Source: an uncultured Pseudomonadota bacterium (GTDB lineage: Bacteria > Babelota > Babeliae > Babelales > Vermiphilaceae). From it: 64,000 nucleotides of DNA. The stretch spans positions 822,184 to 886,183 of the forward strand of contig CAYTCH010000001.1 in assembly GCA_964436435.1 (NCBI GenBank). The letters are read 5' to 3'. Below, piece after piece: positions 61,143 to 64,000 of the stretch. A program made the translations under genes and the position numbers. The notes beneath the pieces were generated by a model. It saw nothing but the letters and a program-made list of their open reading frames with translations, had not been told where the DNA came from and searched no databases. The number at the start of each line of letters is the position of its first letter. Positions within the stretch are counted from its first letter, which is position 1.

Positions 61143-62228
61143 TTAAAATCTGTCCACGGCGCGCTTGGTTGTTGAGGCGCTTGCAACGGCAACTGGCGCA
61201 TCAGCCACAAAGTCAGGAAAGCGTTGTGTTAAGATAGTCTTTTTTTCTTCAAGCACGGTCAGATTGTTTTGTTTGGTAGCTAGTTCGCAGGCTAATGAGA
61301 TAATGACCGGTTCCTTTGCAGGCAGGTTGGGCAAAATCTCTTTTTCTATGTTATTAAGACGGGTTTGTGCCGCAACGTAATCTTCCCGTTGTAAGTAGTA
61401 GTGGAAGATCGACATTTCACTTTCTAAGAGCTTTTCACGGCAAGCGTACAGAATTTCGTCAACTTGGTCGCCGTAGGTCACAAAAGTTGCTTTTTGTTTT
61501 ATGAATGCTTCCGCGCGTTCGATAGTTGCCTTTGTTTTTGACTGGTCGCGTTGATGGTCAAGGGTTTCCCAGTAAGAACAGATAATCGCTTTGTAGCTTG
61601 CGTATTCAGCCTTTTTATGTCCAGGGTACATGGATGCAAATTCAGAATACAGACGTTCTGCTTTTTCTAGATTGCCGGCATCAAAGAGCAGGTCGGCAAG
61701 TTCGAGCATCAGGTCAGATAGTTCACCCAGGTCGCTGCAGAGTGGTACCATTTTTTCTATGAATTTAATGGCGATTTCATTATTACCTTTGGCGATCAGT
61801 TTTTGTTTTTCTTCTTTGAGCTCATCATAGGTCATGAGGCTCATGCGTGTGGTCTTCTTTTTTTCTGCCTTTTTTGCAACAGGTTCTACTTTTTTTGATT
61901 TCTGTGCTGTGACTACTGGAGCGGTCATTTTTGGTCCCACTACGCCAAGGTTTCGTTGGACAGGCCGAGGGGCAGGTGATGTAGTGTGTTTGGCGACTTT
62001 TTTGGGCGCCGATTTGGTTTTGTTACTACTTTTTTTTGCTGAATTTTCACAGGTTGAGGTACTTTTTACGTCAACCGTTTGGGTGAGAACCATTTTTGGT
62101 TCTGTTTTTTTTGTCGATGTTTTTGTGCTGCCGAATGCAATGGTAGCGGTGATAGTCGTTACTACTACAAATAATCTGAGCAGAGTCGAATGAACTGAAC
62201 GCATGGGGGACGCCTTTCTTTGGATCAA
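61143..62228 (-). CDS. bamD: BamD/YfiO-like TPR outer-membrane assembly factor with a Lys/Thr/Ala-rich N-terminal extension
   Basis: The C-terminal ~230 aa follow the BamD pattern (ERLYSEFASMYPGHKKAEYASYKAIICSYW...DQSKTKATIERAEAFI...SEMSIFHYYLQREDYVAAQTRL). Signal-like N-terminus without a clear lipobox Cys. Confidence 0.55.
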   Translation of the reverse strand: MIQRKASPMRSVHSTLLRLFVVVTTITATIAFGSTKTSTKKTEPKMVLTQTVDVKSTSTCENSAKKSSNKTKSAPKKVAKHTTSPAPRPVQRNLGVVGPKMTAPVVTAQKSKKVEPVAKKAEKKKTTRMSLMTYDELKEEKQKLIAKGNNEIAIKFIEKMVPLCSDLGELSDLMLELADLLFDAGNLEKAERLYSEFASMYPGHKKAEYASYKAIICSYWETLDHQRDQSKTKATIERAEAFIKQKATFVTYGDQVDEILYACREKLLESEMSIFHYYLQREDYVAAQTRLNNIEKEILPNLPAKEPVIISLACELATKQNNLTVLEEKKTILTQRFPDFVADAPVAVASASTTKRAVDRF

Positions 62229-62350
62229 CGGATATCAATCAATGGATGAGCGTTAACAGCGTAGCAAAGTCATGGCGTGGCCGCAAGGGGAGGGGAGAGA
62301 GCCCCAGATTTCTCCGGGGCGTATAAGATTAAACACTTAAGACTTTTTGA

Positions 62351-64000
62351 TTACAGCTGAATCTCTCTGTGTGTGGTTGTGCCCTGTTGAATCATAGTAT
62401 CGTCATGGAGTTCAGATTGTAGTTTAAAGATGCGCTCGGCATGTTCTTCGCGTCGTCCACGGTTCCAGGCAGAGACGGGGGTCAGGTAACCTACAATGCG
62501 TGTGTACTGTTCCATAATTTTGCCAGAACAGATAGGGCAAGCTTTGACCTGTCCAGAAATAGTTGTGTGCTTATTTTCGCAGCGGCAATAGTTATAGTTG
62601 ATGGCAAAGTGTTCACAACCATATTTTATGGCACATTCGATGAGCGTTTTCATCTGATTTCTGTGTGTGAGTTTTTCACCAAAATTAAGATGGGAGATGC
62701 CACCGCCGGTCAGCACCTTGGAAAATGCCCCGTCCAATTTCATACGTTCAATGATGTCGCAGTCAACCCATAAAGGAACGAATTGGTTTGCATAAATTGG
62801 GTAGTCCATACCAAACAATAATGCATCCTTCAGTGCCAGTTTAACTGCAAGACTTTCGCCCGGTACCTGTTCTACGTTAAAAGGCATGCCATATTTTTTG
62901 CTACAGGCGGTTGAGTAATCTTTAATCTCTTGCAGGATGTTAAACGCCAGCTGCTTACCTTGTTCAGTTATAATGGAGTGTCCCATTTGCTCAACGCATT
63001 CATAGACGCCGTTGATGCCAAATGTGCTAAATAACCGTTCCATAATAATTAGTCCACGTCTGGTGAACGGTAAGAAGCCTTCATTTTTACGTTTGATGAG
63101 TAATTTTTTGTGTGCGACCAGTGTTTTTCCGGCTCTATCAAGTTGCTCGTGCAAGAGTGTGATCAATTCGTTATATGATTGAGCCTTTTTACCGATGCGA
63201 GCCAAGTTAATGGTCACCACGCGGTGTGAGCCTAATGATATACCACCGTTACCAAAACTATCAGCACCTGCCAGGTCAAGGTCATTGGTCAGGCGGCAGC
63301 AGCTTGCAATTTTGTTGCCCGATGAGATGTAGATGTTAAAGCAACCTTTGTGCAGATTGATATCGGTAAAATATTCGAGCGCCTTTTTATCAAGTACATT
63401 ACCCTGTTCATCAACTCGCAAATTGAGGGTTACAATGGGGAAGCGGTACGGTACACCGGTTGCTGGATCACCAAGATGAAACCAATCACAAAAGATTCTT
63501 TGTACTTCTTCAATGGTGTCAAAGTCTGGCCGTGAACCATCAGGGAAAACATAATCTTTGAACAGCATTTCAAGGTTAGGACGGTCAAAGATGGAGATGT
63601 TACTGAATGGAGATTGATGGCATGGACGTAGTTTTTTGTTGAGCGTGTGTACTAATGATTGGAAATCGTTTTGCACTTTTTTGCGGTGCTCAGAATTTTT
63701 AAGATCAAGGTTTTCAAGTCTTACAAAATATGAGTAGCCGATAAACAGATCGCCAATGGCAACTGCACCTGCAATTTCCTGTGCAACTTCAATGGTTACT
63801 TCTTTGACTTGATCAATAAATGACGTTGCGCGCTTAGGTGAGAAAGATTGTAGTTGTCCCCAGAAATTGCCGCGGCGTAAAATAACATCAACAGACAATG
63901 CCCAGCAATAAGGTACTTGGAGCTTGGTGCTGTCATGGATATATAAATCACCATCCCATAAAGAGGTTAGAATGGTATCTGCAGCATCCTGTCCGTGCTC
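62351..64000 (-). CDS. nrdD: Anaerobic ribonucleoside-triphosphate reductase NrdD; 5' end outside the window
   Basis: The frame stays open to nt 64000 (EHGQDAADTILTSLWDGDLYIHDSTKLQVPYCWA precedes the ORF-track start). C-terminal Zn ribbon CRCENKH...CPICSG and glycyl-radical motif YTRIVGYLTP. Confidence 0.9.
   Translation of the reverse strand, partial: EHGQDAADTILTSLWDGDLYIHDSTKLQVPYCWALSVDVILRRGNFWGQLQSFSPKRATSFIDQVKEVTIEVAQEIAGAVAIGDLFIGYSYFVRLENLDLKNSEHRKKVQNDFQSLVHTLNKKLRPCHQSPFSNISIFDRPNLEMLFKDYVFPDGSRPDFDTIEEVQRIFCDWFHLGDPATGVPYRFPIVTLNLRVDEQGNVLDKKALEYFTDINLHKGCFNIYISSGNKIASCCRLTNDLDLAGADSFGNGGISLGSHRVVTINLARIGKKAQSYNELITLLHEQLDRAGKTLVAHKKLLIKRKNEGFLPFTRRGLIIMERLFSTFGINGVYECVEQMGHSIITEQGKQLAFNILQEIKDYSTACSKKYGMPFNVEQVPGESLAVKLALKDALLFGMDYPIYANQFVPLWVDCDIIERMKLDGAFSKVLTGGGISHLNFGEKLTHRNQMKTLIECAIKYGCEHFAINYNYCRCENKHTTISGQVKACPICSGKIMEQYTRIVGYLTPVSAWNRGRREEHAERIFKLQSELHDDTMIQQGTTTHREIQL

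Noticed and set aside
1-64000. Searched for mobile elements, prophage, CRISPR-Cas, known defence systems, toxin-antitoxin pairs and rRNA.
   Set aside because: No transposase, integrase, recombinase, reverse transcriptase, Cas or phage structural motifs were recognised in any frame. There are no spacer-separated repeat arrays. YraN is the housekeeping UPF0102 gene in its usual small-operon context, not a defence nuclease as far as can be judged.

Overview
Chromosomal window from an AT-leaning bacterium (roughly 40% GC by eye, not computed) that uses the standard genetic code and has a diderm envelope (Pal, BamD-like protein, beta-barrel OMPs). The gene set looks compact and host-associated. 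My taxonomic guess is a reduced-genome intracellular lineage such as Dependentiae/TM6; this is inference only and I cannot verify it here.

The housekeeping backbone, on both strands, is: two tandem M16 peptidases, DoxX, ldh, a cluster-less MutY-like glycosylase, gatB, RNase G, pal, jag-mnmE, tRNA-Gly(GCC), ruvA, an alanine/glycine:cation symporter, ybeY, valS, a TMTC-like TPR membrane protein, a degenerate M50 protease homolog, tyrS, hsp20, a deoxynucleoside kinase, alr, an RlmB-like methyltransferase, ftsQ-ftsA-ftsZ-pgeF, secA, galE, hisS, cdsA, yraN, a BamD-like protein, and nrdD (runs off the right edge).

Between these genes sit four lineage-specific islands of signal-peptide proteins that I cannot assign to named families:
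- 16.2-21.0 kb, wrapped around ybeY.
- 28.3-30.5 kb: a small ORF, an M48-like protease and a secreted protein.
- 41.4-43.6 kb: small membrane-anchored proteins and a Cys-Cys tandem-repeat protein.
- 45.0-58.1 kb: a 13-kb island in which two convergent, paralogous, Cys-rich beta-barrel genes each head a string of large secreted helical or repeat proteins.

I saw no rRNA, CRISPR array, transposase, integrase or phage genes.

The best candidates for something undescribed are the OMP-bracketed secreted-protein island, the CC-repeat protein (with the possible chlamydia-like disulfide-envelope analogy), and the small repeated intergenic element flanking hsp20.

Several starts in the supplied ORF track are non-ATG upstream extensions. 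I moved them to RBS-supported ATG/GTG codons where I could see one. Coordinates of hairpins and repeats were hand-counted and may be off by 1-2 nt.
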